This document shows positions 1-9,138 of a DNA stretch of 64,000 nucleotides, one piece after another. Within the stretch, counting starts at the first letter, position 1. Each line of letters begins with the position of its first letter. The stretch comes from Synechococcales cyanobacterium T60_A2020_003. Lineage in GTDB: Bacteria > Cyanobacteriota > Cyanobacteriia > RECH01. The stretch is taken from positions 2,381-66,380 of the forward strand of contig JACYMB010000142.1 of the NCBI GenBank assembly GCA_015272205.1, written 5' to 3'. Position numbers and translations under genes: made by a program. The notes below the pieces were generated by a model that had not been told where the DNA came from, made no database searches, and saw only the letters and a list, made by a program, of their open reading frames with translations.

Positions 1-1
1 A

Positions 2-553
2 ATCCAGAACGAACTGCCCGTTTCAGTTACGCTGCTGATGGCGATGCCCAAGTCGGGGATGGATGATGTAGTGCGACAGGTCACGGAACTGGGCGTGGCG
101 GCGATTGTGCCCGTGCAGAGCGATCGCACCCTGTTGAACCCTAGCCCCCAAAAGCTAGACCGCTGGCGACGCATTGCCCAGGAAGCAGCGGAGCAGTCTG
201 AACGCCAAATCATCCCGACGATCCATGAACCGCAATCCTGGACAGGGGCGATCGCCCAAGCAGAATCCCTTGCAACCCTGCGCCTGATTGCCCTGGAACG
301 CTCCGATTCTCCGTCCCTGCTCCAAGCCCTTTCGCCCCTAGAAAATCGTCCAGAAGCCGCGATCGCTATTGCCATTGGCCCGGAAGGGGGATGGACAACC
401 GCAGAGGCCGAACGGGCGATCGCCGCTGGATTTCAGCCTGTAACCCTGGGTGCGCGAATTTTGCGATCGGTGACGGCTCCGGTCGCTGCCCTGGCTGTAA
501 TTGCTGCGGTTTCTGAAGATCCGGTGCGTCCACGACCAGAAGCGTTAAGCTGA
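2..553 (+). CDS. rsmE: 16S rRNA m3U1498 methyltransferase RsmE, C-terminal part (gene starts left of the window)
   Basis: The frame is open from base 2. The translation carries RsmE/SPOUT-type signatures (LLMAMPKSGMDDVVRQVTELGV, IGPEGGWT..E, LGARILRSVTA). Confidence 0.8.
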   Translation: MQNELPVSVTLLMAMPKSGMDDVVRQVTELGVAAIVPVQSDRTLLNPSPQKLDRWRRIAQEAAEQSERQIIPTIHEPQSWTGAIAQAESLATLRLIALERSDSPSLLQALSPLENRPEAAIAIAIGPEGGWTTAEAERAIAAGFQPVTLGARILRSVTAPVAALAVIAAVSEDPVRPRPEALS

Positions 554-596
554 GGAAGATTGTGCCCAACTGTTCCGTCGCCATTCCCTAAATCCC

Positions 597-1685
597 ATGA
601 CCGACGATTTTGTTGCTGCCTTTAATCAAAACGACTACGCCACGGCGGCGCGATTGGTCAAAGCCCGCCTCAAAGCCAATCCCCGCGATCCGATGGCGTT
701 GCTCTATGCGGGAAAGTTGCAGGAACAGGCCGGGAAAGCGGAATCCGCAGGCCACCTCTATCGCCAATTGCTGAAGGAAACAACGAATCTGAAAATTGCC
801 ATGCAGGCACGGCAAGGACTCCAACGATTAGAAGCGGCAGAGCAAGCAGCCCGCCAAGCCCGCATTGCCCAAGCCACGCTCAACGACGACAACAGCCGCA
901 CCGGATTTTTAATCCTGAAAGCGATCCCACCGGAGGGAAAGGCCGAATCCGCCAAATACTTTGCCCGCATCTTTCAGCTTGATCCCTACACGGCGCGGAT
1001 GCAGTTGCCGAGCCGGGGCTGGAAGCTCTACCGCACGGGAGCCTTGGGCGCACTGAATGTCTATCAGCAGGAGCTAGCAGCGGCTGGAATTCCGGCGTTT
1101 ACAGCGTCTTTGGATGCGGTCTCGAACATCCACCTCTTCCGCGTGAATCACCTCCAGTCCGATGATCCGAATCCGGCGATTATTTGTCAGAACGAAGCCG
1201 GACAGCAGGGGGCGCTGAGTTTTCAGTGGTCAGAGGTGGCACGGTGCGTGAAAGGTCTATTGCCGATTTTTGGAGATGTGGTGGATCTAGGAGCTTGGAA
1301 GCGCTTGCAGTGGAAAGAGCGGATGCAGGACTATGTGCAGGTGTATGACCTCCACATTCCGCGACGAAACTGTATTTTGCGGTTTTGCGACAGCAGCTAC
1401 CAATTTCAGCACGGGCTGAGTTTTTCCCAAGAGGTCGCTGATGGGGCGATCGCCCAATCCACCATCCGCATTAATTGGAATCACTTACTTCAATACCTCG
1501 ATCGCCACTTAGAGGGAGTCCCCGTTTGGACAGATTTCACCACCTTTGCCGAAACGGCTCTAGATCATTTAGATCTCGTGGACGGTCTTCATGCCCACAT
1601 CGACATCCTCCGCGAAGCGGATAGCAACTGGGATCCGGCGTTCCATCTCTACAGCAGTCTGATCTTTCTCCACGACGGAGCCTAG
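597..1685 (+). CDS. Protein with TPR-like N-terminal domain, function unknown
   Basis: 362-aa ORF. The N-terminal ~95 aa are helical and TPR-like (DYATAARLVKARLKANPRDPMALLYAGKL...). I recognise no motifs in the rest. It starts 43 nt after rsmE, and its stop lies 2 nt before the next start. Confidence 0.6.
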   Translation: MTDDFVAAFNQNDYATAARLVKARLKANPRDPMALLYAGKLQEQAGKAESAGHLYRQLLKETTNLKIAMQARQGLQRLEAAEQAARQARIAQATLNDDNSRTGFLILKAIPPEGKAESAKYFARIFQLDPYTARMQLPSRGWKLYRTGALGALNVYQQELAAAGIPAFTASLDAVSNIHLFRVNHLQSDDPNPAIICQNEAGQQGALSFQWSEVARCVKGLLPIFGDVVDLGAWKRLQWKERMQDYVQVYDLHIPRRNCILRFCDSSYQFQHGLSFSQEVADGAIAQSTIRINWNHLLQYLDRHLEGVPVWTDFTTFAETALDHLDLVDGLHAHIDILREADSNWDPAFHLYSSLIFLHDGA

Positions 1686-1687
1686 GC

Positions 1688-3874
1688 ATGGATCGGGCAA
1701 CCCTAGGTTCTTCGCTCCAACGGTGGCGCATGCACATCGACAGTGACGTATCGCTGGGGAACGGACGGTCGGATCTCGCCCATGCGGCCCAAGTAACTCT
1801 GAGTCGGCTAGTGGTGCTGCGGCTGTTGGAATGTTGGGGTATAGAACCAGACGGCTCTTTAGCAAGATTCGGAACGGTATCGGATGTCTATCCTCAATTT
1901 GAGGTCTATTTAAGCGAGGTGAGCGATCGCTATGCTCTGCCGTTCCTCCATCCGGCATGGAATGAACTAGAACCGGAACCGATCCACGCTCCTCCCATGC
2001 TGTTCCTATCCACCGAGGGGTTTCAGGAGATTCTCTCCGATCTGTATCAGTCTATTTGGACAGAGGCATTACGCACCCATCCCGCAACGGTTCTAGAACT
2101 GCTTTGGAGCGATCGCCCCTCCCTTCCCTCTGAGCAAACCTCCGCCCCTCCCTCCCGCCAAAAGTCCTACGGAGCCTACTACACGCCTGCTGATATCACC
2201 CATCAGATGGTGGATGATGCCCTACACGCCTACCGTCAACACCATCTATTTACCTCATCATTTTGTGTTCTCGATCCAGCCTGTGGATTTGGGGCGTTTT
2301 TGATCACAGTTTGCGAGTGGTGGATGGCGTATTTGGATGGAAAGGAGTCCTTAGGGTTCCGTTCGCGTCTGGGCATTACAAACTGGCGAAATCCTGAAAC
2401 CCTGTCTTTCGCTCTATCCCCCCTCTACGGGGTTGATCTCGATCCCGATGCTGTGGAGATGACCAAATTGCTTCTCGTCCTAACGGTACTTCGGCACGGC
2501 AATCCGCCCTGGAACGATCGAAGGGCGATCGCCCAAACCCTGTTCACGAAGCTAAATCAGCGGATTCGGTGGGGAAACGCGATCGTTGCCCCCGACATTG
2601 AAGAAACTCAGTCCCTTTCTCGAAAAGATAGAACTCGTCTACGTCCGTTTGATTGGCATCATGAATTTCCAGCGGTCATGACATCCGGTGGATTCGATGT
2701 GGTGATTGGCAATCCACCCTATCTGGATTCGGAATGGATGGCGCACCACATGGCGATCGAACGTCGATATTGCGCGACCCATTACCAAAGTGCGGTCGGC
2801 AATTGGGATTTGTTCTGTATCTTTATCGAGCAAGCTTTTAATCTCTGTAAACCGGGTGGATTCACCAGTCTAATTGTGCCGAACAAGCTGCAATCCGTCC
2901 CCTACGCAGCACGGACACGCCAGATCCTCGCCCACGACCACACCCTCCTCCATCTGCGGGATTATTCCCAAGAGTCTTGTTTTCCGGTTGCGGTCTATCC
3001 CATCGTCTATCTCGCCCAAAAACGACCTCCCCAACCCTCCCAGGCAATTCAGTATTACCGCATGGGAACCCGAGAAGATCACGCCCAATACGCCATTCCC
3101 TACCACCGCTTTCTGCGGTCTACCTGTCAAACCTGGTGTACCTCGCAGCCCCGATTGATGCGACTTCTGGAACGAATGGAGGAGCAGTCGAGTCCGCTAG
3201 GGGCGATCGCCTCTGTTCTAGGTGCAGCAACGGTAGCAGAAGCCTATGATATTCAGCCGCTTTTACGCGATGATGCCCATGCCGATCTCCAATCCTCGTG
3301 GCGGGTGGTGAACAGTGGCACCATTGATCGCTACCGGATGCTGTGGGGACAGAAACCCCTCCGCTACCTGAAGCACACCTACCTCCATCCGGTGATCCTC
3401 CACGCGCAGCAAACCTGCCTATCCCCAACGCGACAACAGCAGGCCAATCATCCCAAAATCATTGTGGCAAGTATGACCCAGGTTTTGGAATGCGTGGCAG
3501 ATGTCCAAGGCAATATTCTGGCGGGAAAATCAACCTCGATTGTGCAGAGTGCGATCGCCCTTCCCTATCTTCTTGCCATTCTCAATAGCAAGCTGATGAG
3601 TCTCTATTACCGTTGGATCTTTGGCGGCCATGCCCTCCACGGGGGATATCTGCGCGTGGGCACGGCTCAGTTGCGATCGCTCCCCATTCGGCTACCGACG
3701 GAGGACTGGGAATCGGATTTTATTCAATCCGGGATTCGCAACGTGGAATGTCTCCTATCTGAAGAAAGGGCGATCGCTCGTGCGGATCTCAATCAAGCGA
3801 TCGATCAATGGGTCTACCAATTATACGACTTTTCTAAAGGAGAAATTGAGTATTTGCAGGAAAATTCCTGCTAA
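1688..3874 (+). CDS. Gamma-class N6-adenine methyltransferase, Eco57I/TaqI-like, with no nuclease domain evident
   Basis: Motif order is X-I-IV: YGAYYTPADI, VLDPACGFGAFL (SAM binding), VVIGNPPYLD (catalytic NPPY). The long C-terminal region is consistent with a TaqI-like target-recognition domain. The N-terminal 170 aa look helical, with no PD-(D/E)xK motif that I can see. Confidence 0.8.
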   Translation: MDRATLGSSLQRWRMHIDSDVSLGNGRSDLAHAAQVTLSRLVVLRLLECWGIEPDGSLARFGTVSDVYPQFEVYLSEVSDRYALPFLHPAWNELEPEPIHAPPMLFLSTEGFQEILSDLYQSIWTEALRTHPATVLELLWSDRPSLPSEQTSAPPSRQKSYGAYYTPADITHQMVDDALHAYRQHHLFTSSFCVLDPACGFGAFLITVCEWWMAYLDGKESLGFRSRLGITNWRNPETLSFALSPLYGVDLDPDAVEMTKLLLVLTVLRHGNPPWNDRRAIAQTLFTKLNQRIRWGNAIVAPDIEETQSLSRKDRTRLRPFDWHHEFPAVMTSGGFDVVIGNPPYLDSEWMAHHMAIERRYCATHYQSAVGNWDLFCIFIEQAFNLCKPGGFTSLIVPNKLQSVPYAARTRQILAHDHTLLHLRDYSQESCFPVAVYPIVYLAQKRPPQPSQAIQYYRMGTREDHAQYAIPYHRFLRSTCQTWCTSQPRLMRLLERMEEQSSPLGAIASVLGAATVAEAYDIQPLLRDDAHADLQSSWRVVNSGTIDRYRMLWGQKPLRYLKHTYLHPVILHAQQTCLSPTRQQQANHPKIIVASMTQVLECVADVQGNILAGKSTSIVQSAIALPYLLAILNSKLMSLYYRWIFGGHALHGGYLRVGTAQLRSLPIRLPTEDWESDFIQSGIRNVECLLSEERAIARADLNQAIDQWVYQLYDFSKGEIEYLQENSC

Positions 3875-4134
3875 AGCAGCGTTAACTCAGCAATATTCCA
3901 GCCTCAGCCCAAAACGTAACCCAGTCAGGACTTATACCAATTTCAAAAATTCCGGCTACAGATGAAAGGCTGACATCCCTGACGGAGCAACGCATTCATA
4001 ACTCAAAACTGAGCATTTCTCCTGCGGAGACGCTGCGCGAACAAAACTCAGAATTGGTATTACGCACTACGTGCGGCGTCCTGAGTCTTTTAAGCGATTT
4101 TGCACAGGTTACACCGTTTCTCCTAAGTTGGGCT

Positions 4135-4232
4135 ATATAGCACTAGCCATATCGGTTAAGACATTGTGGTGGGGTGGCTTTGCCGCCCCACCACAATGTC
4201 CATGTCCTAAGCTAGCTGGCAACAGCTATAGA
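4135..4232. repeat. MITE-like hairpin repeat, family A, copy 1
   Basis: About 95 bp, roughly 91-92% identical by hand alignment to the reverse complement of 23650-23748. The core is a long hairpin: gacattgtggtggggtggc-ttt-gccgccccaccacaatgtc. Confidence 0.75.
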
Positions 4233-4680
4233 TGCCAACGCGTAACCTAGGGTATGACACGGCTTTCGTAACTGAGAACTGGTATTACACCCGCGCAAAA
4301 TCGCCCAATTGCATAAGTCCTGCCAGTTCAGCAATGGAATCGCCCCTTGCCAAACGCTAAGAATGGAGCATGAACCCGCTAGCCTAAGGTTTAGGAGTCC
4401 GGAACTATGCCCTGATGGGGATGCCCACGCACCGCCAGCCAGGAAAAGCGATCCGCCAGCCTTAGCAGTCCCATTTATAAAGTCCCCAAACAGCCATGAG
4501 TGCGTTCTAATTTTCTGAGAGCAGGCGATCGCCCGGAATTGATTTCGACCGCTTAAGTCCTTTCACCACAATCAATTCAGCGTTTTTGTCAAACTTTGTC
4601 CATTGATCTTCGGGGGGCTTGCCTTAGAATAAGAGTAAGAGCTGTAAAATTTCTTAAACAATTGTTTGGTTTAGTAACCT

Positions 4681-5652
4681 ATGACCTCAGCGCTTTCCCT
4701 CTTTTCCCCGGTTGAGGATGATCTCTGCCTCATGACAGAGAACCTAAAGCAACTGGTTGGAGCCCGACACCCTATCCTGTACGCAGCAGCGGAGCATCTG
4801 TTTAGCGCTGAGGGCAAACGCATTCGACCTGCAATTGTTCTACTCTTGACACGGGCGATCGCCCCTGGTCAAGACCCGACCCCCCGCCACCGACGACTGG
4901 CCGAAATCACAGAAATGATCCACACCGCCAGTCTCGTCCATGATGACGTGGTGGATGAGTCAGAAACGCGACGAGGCATCCCCACCGTTCACAGTAGCTT
5001 TGGGAATCGGGTTGCGGTACTAGCGGGTGATTTCCTGTTCGCCCAGTCCTCCTGGTACTTGGCAAATTTAGACAATTTAGACGTGGTCAAGCTGCTCTCC
5101 CAGGTGATCATGGATTTGGCAGAAGGGGAAATTCGTCAAGGACTCAACCGCTTCGATACGTCGCTCTCCATCGATGCGTACCTCGAAAAAAGCTACTACA
5201 AAACCGCTTCCCTAATCGCGAACAGTGCAAAAGCGGCGGGGGTGCTGAGCGAGGTTCCCAGCGAAATGGCCGAGCAGTTCTATCGCTACGGTCGCTACCT
5301 TGGCCTAGCCTTCCAGATCGTGGACGATATTCTCGACTTCACAAGCTCTGGTGATACCCTCGGTAAGCCCGCCTGCTCAGACCTTAAAGCAGGACACCTG
5401 ACCGCTCCGGCTCTCTATGCCATGGAAGAGGAACCCTATCTCGAAACGCTGATTGAACGCGAGTTTGCCCAAGAGGGAGATTTAGAGCAGGCGATCGCCC
5501 TCATTCGCAATAGCCGAGGGATTCAGCGTGCCCGCGATCTGGCTTCTCACCACGCCCAGGCCGCAGCTCAGGAATTGGTAAACTTGCCCCCTTCGGACTC
5601 ACTTCATACCCTGGTCAGCCTGTCAGATTACGTTCTACGGCGGCTGTACTAA
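4681..5652 (+). CDS. sds: All-trans-nonaprenyl (solanesyl) diphosphate synthase
   Basis: Trans-prenyltransferase with both Asp-rich motifs (LVHDDVVDESETRRG and FQIVDDILDF). Length and N-terminus are typical of the cyanobacterial plastoquinone side-chain synthase. Confidence 0.85.
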   Translation: MTSALSLFSPVEDDLCLMTENLKQLVGARHPILYAAAEHLFSAEGKRIRPAIVLLLTRAIAPGQDPTPRHRRLAEITEMIHTASLVHDDVVDESETRRGIPTVHSSFGNRVAVLAGDFLFAQSSWYLANLDNLDVVKLLSQVIMDLAEGEIRQGLNRFDTSLSIDAYLEKSYYKTASLIANSAKAAGVLSEVPSEMAEQFYRYGRYLGLAFQIVDDILDFTSSGDTLGKPACSDLKAGHLTAPALYAMEEEPYLETLIEREFAQEGDLEQAIALIRNSRGIQRARDLASHHAQAAAQELVNLPPSDSLHTLVSLSDYVLRRLY

Positions 5653-5685
5653 CCGCAATGGGCAATCGGAAATGAGCGAACAGGT

Positions 5686-5720
5686 AACAGGAGCTTCCCG
5701 TTGAGAGGCTCCTGTTTTGG
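5686..5720 (+). terminator. Probable intrinsic terminator of sds
   Basis: 9-bp perfect stem aacaggagc/gctcctgtt with a 13-nt loop, running into tttt. It starts 34 nt after the sds stop. Confidence 0.55.
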
Positions 5721-5794
5721 GAGGGACTAACCATGAGACTCGCACACGGGCGATCGCAGTCACCAACGTGACCTGCCAAGACGCGATCTGGAAT

Positions 5795-5813
5795 CTATAG
5801 CGCTAGCTATATC
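5795..5813. repeat. Possible solo end-fragment of the family A repeat
   Basis: ctatagcgctagctatatc matches the left end of copy 1 (tatagcactagccatatc) at all but two positions. The hairpin core is absent. Confidence 0.35.
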
Positions 5814-6195
5814 TTGGTATAGAAAAACACGTCTTCCCCACCCCCAGTACCTTCCATTGAGACCAGGCCATAAGCAAATGTACTGATCCTTAACGTCCAA
5901 TGCTCAGTTTCTACGCAAAATTTGGCTCTGATTGCCACAAAAACTTTATAGAAGGCTTACATAGTTAGATCTAGACGACCAATCCATAAAGTTCCCACAA
6001 AGATTTCAGTTCATTATGAGGGTGTCAGTAGGTTTACTGTGGTTTAAGTTCCGCGAATTTACTAGCGTTAGAATAGCGCTTGAATGTGCACGCTTACGTT
6101 GTGTTTCAGGGTTCCGACCGCATCAACCTACGGCTGCCGATTACCGATCGAGTAGCTCGTATAGAACCATATCCCGCTGTGGGTCGAGGTAGACA

Positions 6196-6666
6196 TTAGG
6201 CGATGTCAGAAGGAGGTTGGAGTTCAGCTTGTAGTCGTTGGAGATAGGTTCGAATAAACTGCTGAACATCCTTACACCCAATTTCGACGCCCGTTGCTCG
6301 TTGCCCCGGGGTTTCAAAAAAGACCGTGCTATCTACCGTTTTAAGCGACATCATCTGAAACAGAATGTGAATAACCGGGACAGGTAAGGCCACGAGCTGT
6401 GGGTCATCGGCACCGGGCATTTGCATGGCGTCTTCAGGTGTTGGAAAGGCGTAAACCACTCTTTTTTCAATGTTTGACTGTTGGCGATTATTAAGGGTCG
6501 TCACCAACCACCGCTGTTCCAACGTTTGCAAAACAAAGTATTCAGGGTGTTGTAATTTACTCGCCAGGCTCTTCAGGGCTGGGGCGATCGTGCGAACCAG
6601 GTTAGGGGTTTGGCCATCTTGCGGGGCATAATCCACTAACGCTTGAATTTGTTGATCAAAATCCAT
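6196..6666 (-). CDS. Hypothetical protein, divergent from hetZ
   Basis: Long ORF. I prefer the internal ATG (MDFDQQIQALV...) at 6666 because the longer version overlaps the hetZ upstream region. No motif recognised. Confidence 0.55.
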   Translation of the reverse strand: MDFDQQIQALVDYAPQDGQTPNLVRTIAPALKSLASKLQHPEYFVLQTLEQRWLVTTLNNRQQSNIEKRVVYAFPTPEDAMQMPGADDPQLVALPVPVIHILFQMMSLKTVDSTVFFETPGQRATGVEIGCKDVQQFIRTYLQRLQAELQPPSDIA

Positions 6667-6797
6667 TGGGCAATTCTCGTCTAGTAGTCGGTCACTCAAT
6701 TCAGTACCTGGTTTCCAAAACAAAACCATTCTTGTGCATGCTAACAGTCAGCCCCCCCGGCTTGACTTGTCCACCTCTAGGAAATCTGAATAAGGCT

Positions 6798-7967
6798 ATG
6801 GTGGCTTCAAGTTTTGAATGCTCGAAAGACTATCAGGATCAAAGTGTCTATGGCGTGGAATCCACGTTTGAGCTGTTATTCCATGAGTTTAAACAGCATA
6901 CTCCCGAATCCGAGCAGCGATGCAGAGCCGTTGCCACTCGGTTAGCGTCAGAGGTTGATCGCATTTGCGCTGAAAGTTCGCGAATTCAATCCTCTGGCGA
7001 AGTTGGCAATTGGTCGGTCACGCTGGCTCGTCATCGCCTAAAGCAGTGCCTAAAATATTACCGCTTGGGGTCACGCCAAGGCCGGGTAGAACTCCACAGT
7101 ACTCTTAGCGCCGTGGTATACCGCTATGTGACGATTCCGAAAACCCAAGCCAGCTACCAGGCACGACTCACGTTAATTGAAGATTTTCTCCAAGGATTTT
7201 ATATTGAGGCGCTCAATGCCTTTCGTCGGGAAAATGCGTTACCGACCGACTACTGCCCGCGATCGCTCCTCGAATTAGCCGAATATATGGCCTTTACCGA
7301 GCGCTATGGCAAACGCCGGATTCCCCTCCCCGGACGCCGCAGCCAGCAGTTAATTATCCTGCGGGCACAAACCTTTTCCCATCAACAGCCTCCCGAAGCG
7401 ATGGTGGATATGGAACAAGCGGCTGAAGGGGGTGGCAACGACAGTGACTATAGCTGGAATACGCCCTCGGTGCAGCAAGTGCGGGAGCAGATGGTGTCCT
7501 TAGAGCCGGAGCCGTCGGAGTCCGACCTCCGCAGCAGCATTATTCGGGAGTTAATTACTTACCTCGAAGAACGCCAGCAGGACGACTGTATCGACTATTT
7601 CACCCTGCGCTTGCAAGACTTGCCCACCCATGAGATCGAGGAACTTTTAAACCTCTCCCCGCGTCAGCGGGACTACCTCCAGCAGCGCTTTAAGTACCAC
7701 CTCATCCGATTTGCCCTCTCCCACCATTGGGAATTGGTACACCTGTGGTTAGAAGCAGACTTAGAGCAAAATTTGGGGTTACCTCCCCAGAAGTGGCAGA
7801 TTTTTACAGAGAAATTGCCCCGTCAGCAGCAAGAGATCCTACACTTGAGGCGACAAGGCTTAGCCGATAGTGCGATCGCCCAGCAGGTTGGAATGACCCC
7901 CACCCAACTGCAAAAGCAGTGGACGAAAATTCTTGAACTTGCGTGGGAAATCCGAAATAGTGATTAA
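6798..7967 (+). CDS. hetZ: HetZ-family regulator with C-terminal HTH
   Basis: The translation matches my recollection of HetZ proteins (RIQSSG..W..TLA+HRL+QCL+YY+LGS+QGRVELHSTLSA, YMAFTERYGKRRIPLPGR, QRFKYHLIRFAL, LELAWEIRNS). The C-terminus is sigma-70 region-4/LuxR-like. Start moved to the ATG at 6798 (MVASSFE...). Confidence 0.65.
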   Translation: MVASSFECSKDYQDQSVYGVESTFELLFHEFKQHTPESEQRCRAVATRLASEVDRICAESSRIQSSGEVGNWSVTLARHRLKQCLKYYRLGSRQGRVELHSTLSAVVYRYVTIPKTQASYQARLTLIEDFLQGFYIEALNAFRRENALPTDYCPRSLLELAEYMAFTERYGKRRIPLPGRRSQQLIILRAQTFSHQQPPEAMVDMEQAAEGGGNDSDYSWNTPSVQQVREQMVSLEPEPSESDLRSSIIRELITYLEERQQDDCIDYFTLRLQDLPTHEIEELLNLSPRQRDYLQQRFKYHLIRFALSHHWELVHLWLEADLEQNLGLPPQKWQIFTEKLPRQQQEILHLRRQGLADSAIAQQVGMTPTQLQKQWTKILELAWEIRNSD

Positions 7968-7991
7968 TGTCCGGAGCAGGGGTATCGTTCC

Positions 7992-9053
7992 ATGAATACA
8001 GAGTCAGACGTAATCAAGAAGTTACTGGCTTGGTTACAACAGGATCCCAACCCCATTGATCGAGCACCATCAGGGCATAGTTCCAGACAAGAGGTTGGCT
8101 CAGGTTCATCTGAGACGATGGATCCAAGCATTGAGAGGGCAGATGCTGTTGAGATGCATCAAATGTCTAAATCATTAGATGGCTCAACGGATGATGTCTT
8201 AAATCGCCACTCATTAATCGAACTGGGAGATATACCTGCCGTGCGAAATCGTTTCCATGCTCTGTTAAAGCGTCGATTGCGTTCCGAGATTGAACGGAAT
8301 CCCCCTCTGTTTCCTTGGGAGAGTCAAATTCATGATTACAGCGCCGAGGAGGAGCCTGAACTGAGCGTTTCAGGGCAAGTTGCCCCTGCACAGTTCTGGG
8401 GGATTCAGCTTCAGCCATCCAGCGTACCGACGCTGATTCCTGATGGGGTGCTGACCCATGTATTTGACTACTGTCAGACCTTAGTGCAGTCTCCCCTCCG
8501 CACAGGAGAACGGCTGGTCAAGGCGGTGGAAGATCTGTTTCCGGGATATGACCAAGTGCTGCATCAAGTGGCTGGAGCAGTGTTGGCAGCGCCCGCCCGA
8601 TCGGGACGGCTGGCAGCCGAAATTAATGCCACCGATCCGTCGGGCACGAACCTTCCGACCCAATACGATACGGCTAATCCTCTCCAGCAAATGGCTCTGT
8701 CGCTTGTGGTTGCCCAGCGGTTCTTTGACGCATTGACCCTTACGGTTCCTCTGCATCAGCCCCACACTCAACATCAATGGTTTACAGCAGTGGGGACTTT
8801 GGTGCTGTCGCTGGACTATGGGCGATCGCCCCGGTCGGTACTTCGGATTCGCGGCGAGTTTCCCGATCAAGGCTGGCTGTGTTTGCAAGGCGATGGTACG
8901 ACCGTGCAGGCTGAGCGGACTGAACCCGGTGAACTGACGGTAGAGCTTCCGGATGTGGTAGTGGGTGACACCTACCGTCTGAGTTTATCGGTAGGGACAT
9001 CTGCCCCCCCGTTGCGCTGCGTTGTGCAGGTTGTGGATGATTCTGAGCGTTAG
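7992..9053 (+). CDS. Hypothetical protein; PatU-like only by its position immediately downstream of hetZ
   Basis: 353-aa ORF starting 24 nt after hetZ on the same strand. I recognise no sequence motifs, so the assignment rests on the known hetZ-patU synteny. Confidence 0.4.
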   Translation: MNTESDVIKKLLAWLQQDPNPIDRAPSGHSSRQEVGSGSSETMDPSIERADAVEMHQMSKSLDGSTDDVLNRHSLIELGDIPAVRNRFHALLKRRLRSEIERNPPLFPWESQIHDYSAEEEPELSVSGQVAPAQFWGIQLQPSSVPTLIPDGVLTHVFDYCQTLVQSPLRTGERLVKAVEDLFPGYDQVLHQVAGAVLAAPARSGRLAAEINATDPSGTNLPTQYDTANPLQQMALSLVVAQRFFDALTLTVPLHQPHTQHQWFTAVGTLVLSLDYGRSPRSVLRIRGEFPDQGWLCLQGDGTTVQAERTEPGELTVELPDVVVGDTYRLSLSVGTSAPPLRCVVQVVDDSER

Positions 9054-9071
9054 GTGTAGGGGTAAGTTCTT

Positions 9072-9138
9072 AGGGACGGGTTTTGCGGCTAACCTTTGAT
9101 ACCTCTGGGTTTTGTTAGTAAACCCGTCCGTACAACCC
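9072..9138. repeat. Hairpin repeat, family B, copy 1
   Basis: Terminal inverted repeats gggacgggttt...aaacccgtcc(gtacaaccc). The ends match 56101-56168 in reverse orientation, while the interior differs. Confidence 0.6.

Noticed and set aside
4309-4518. A 69-aa ORF inside the repeat-rich region upstream of sds.
   Set aside because: It has no ribosome-binding context and an atypical composition, and it sits amid nested repeats. I treat it as non-coding.
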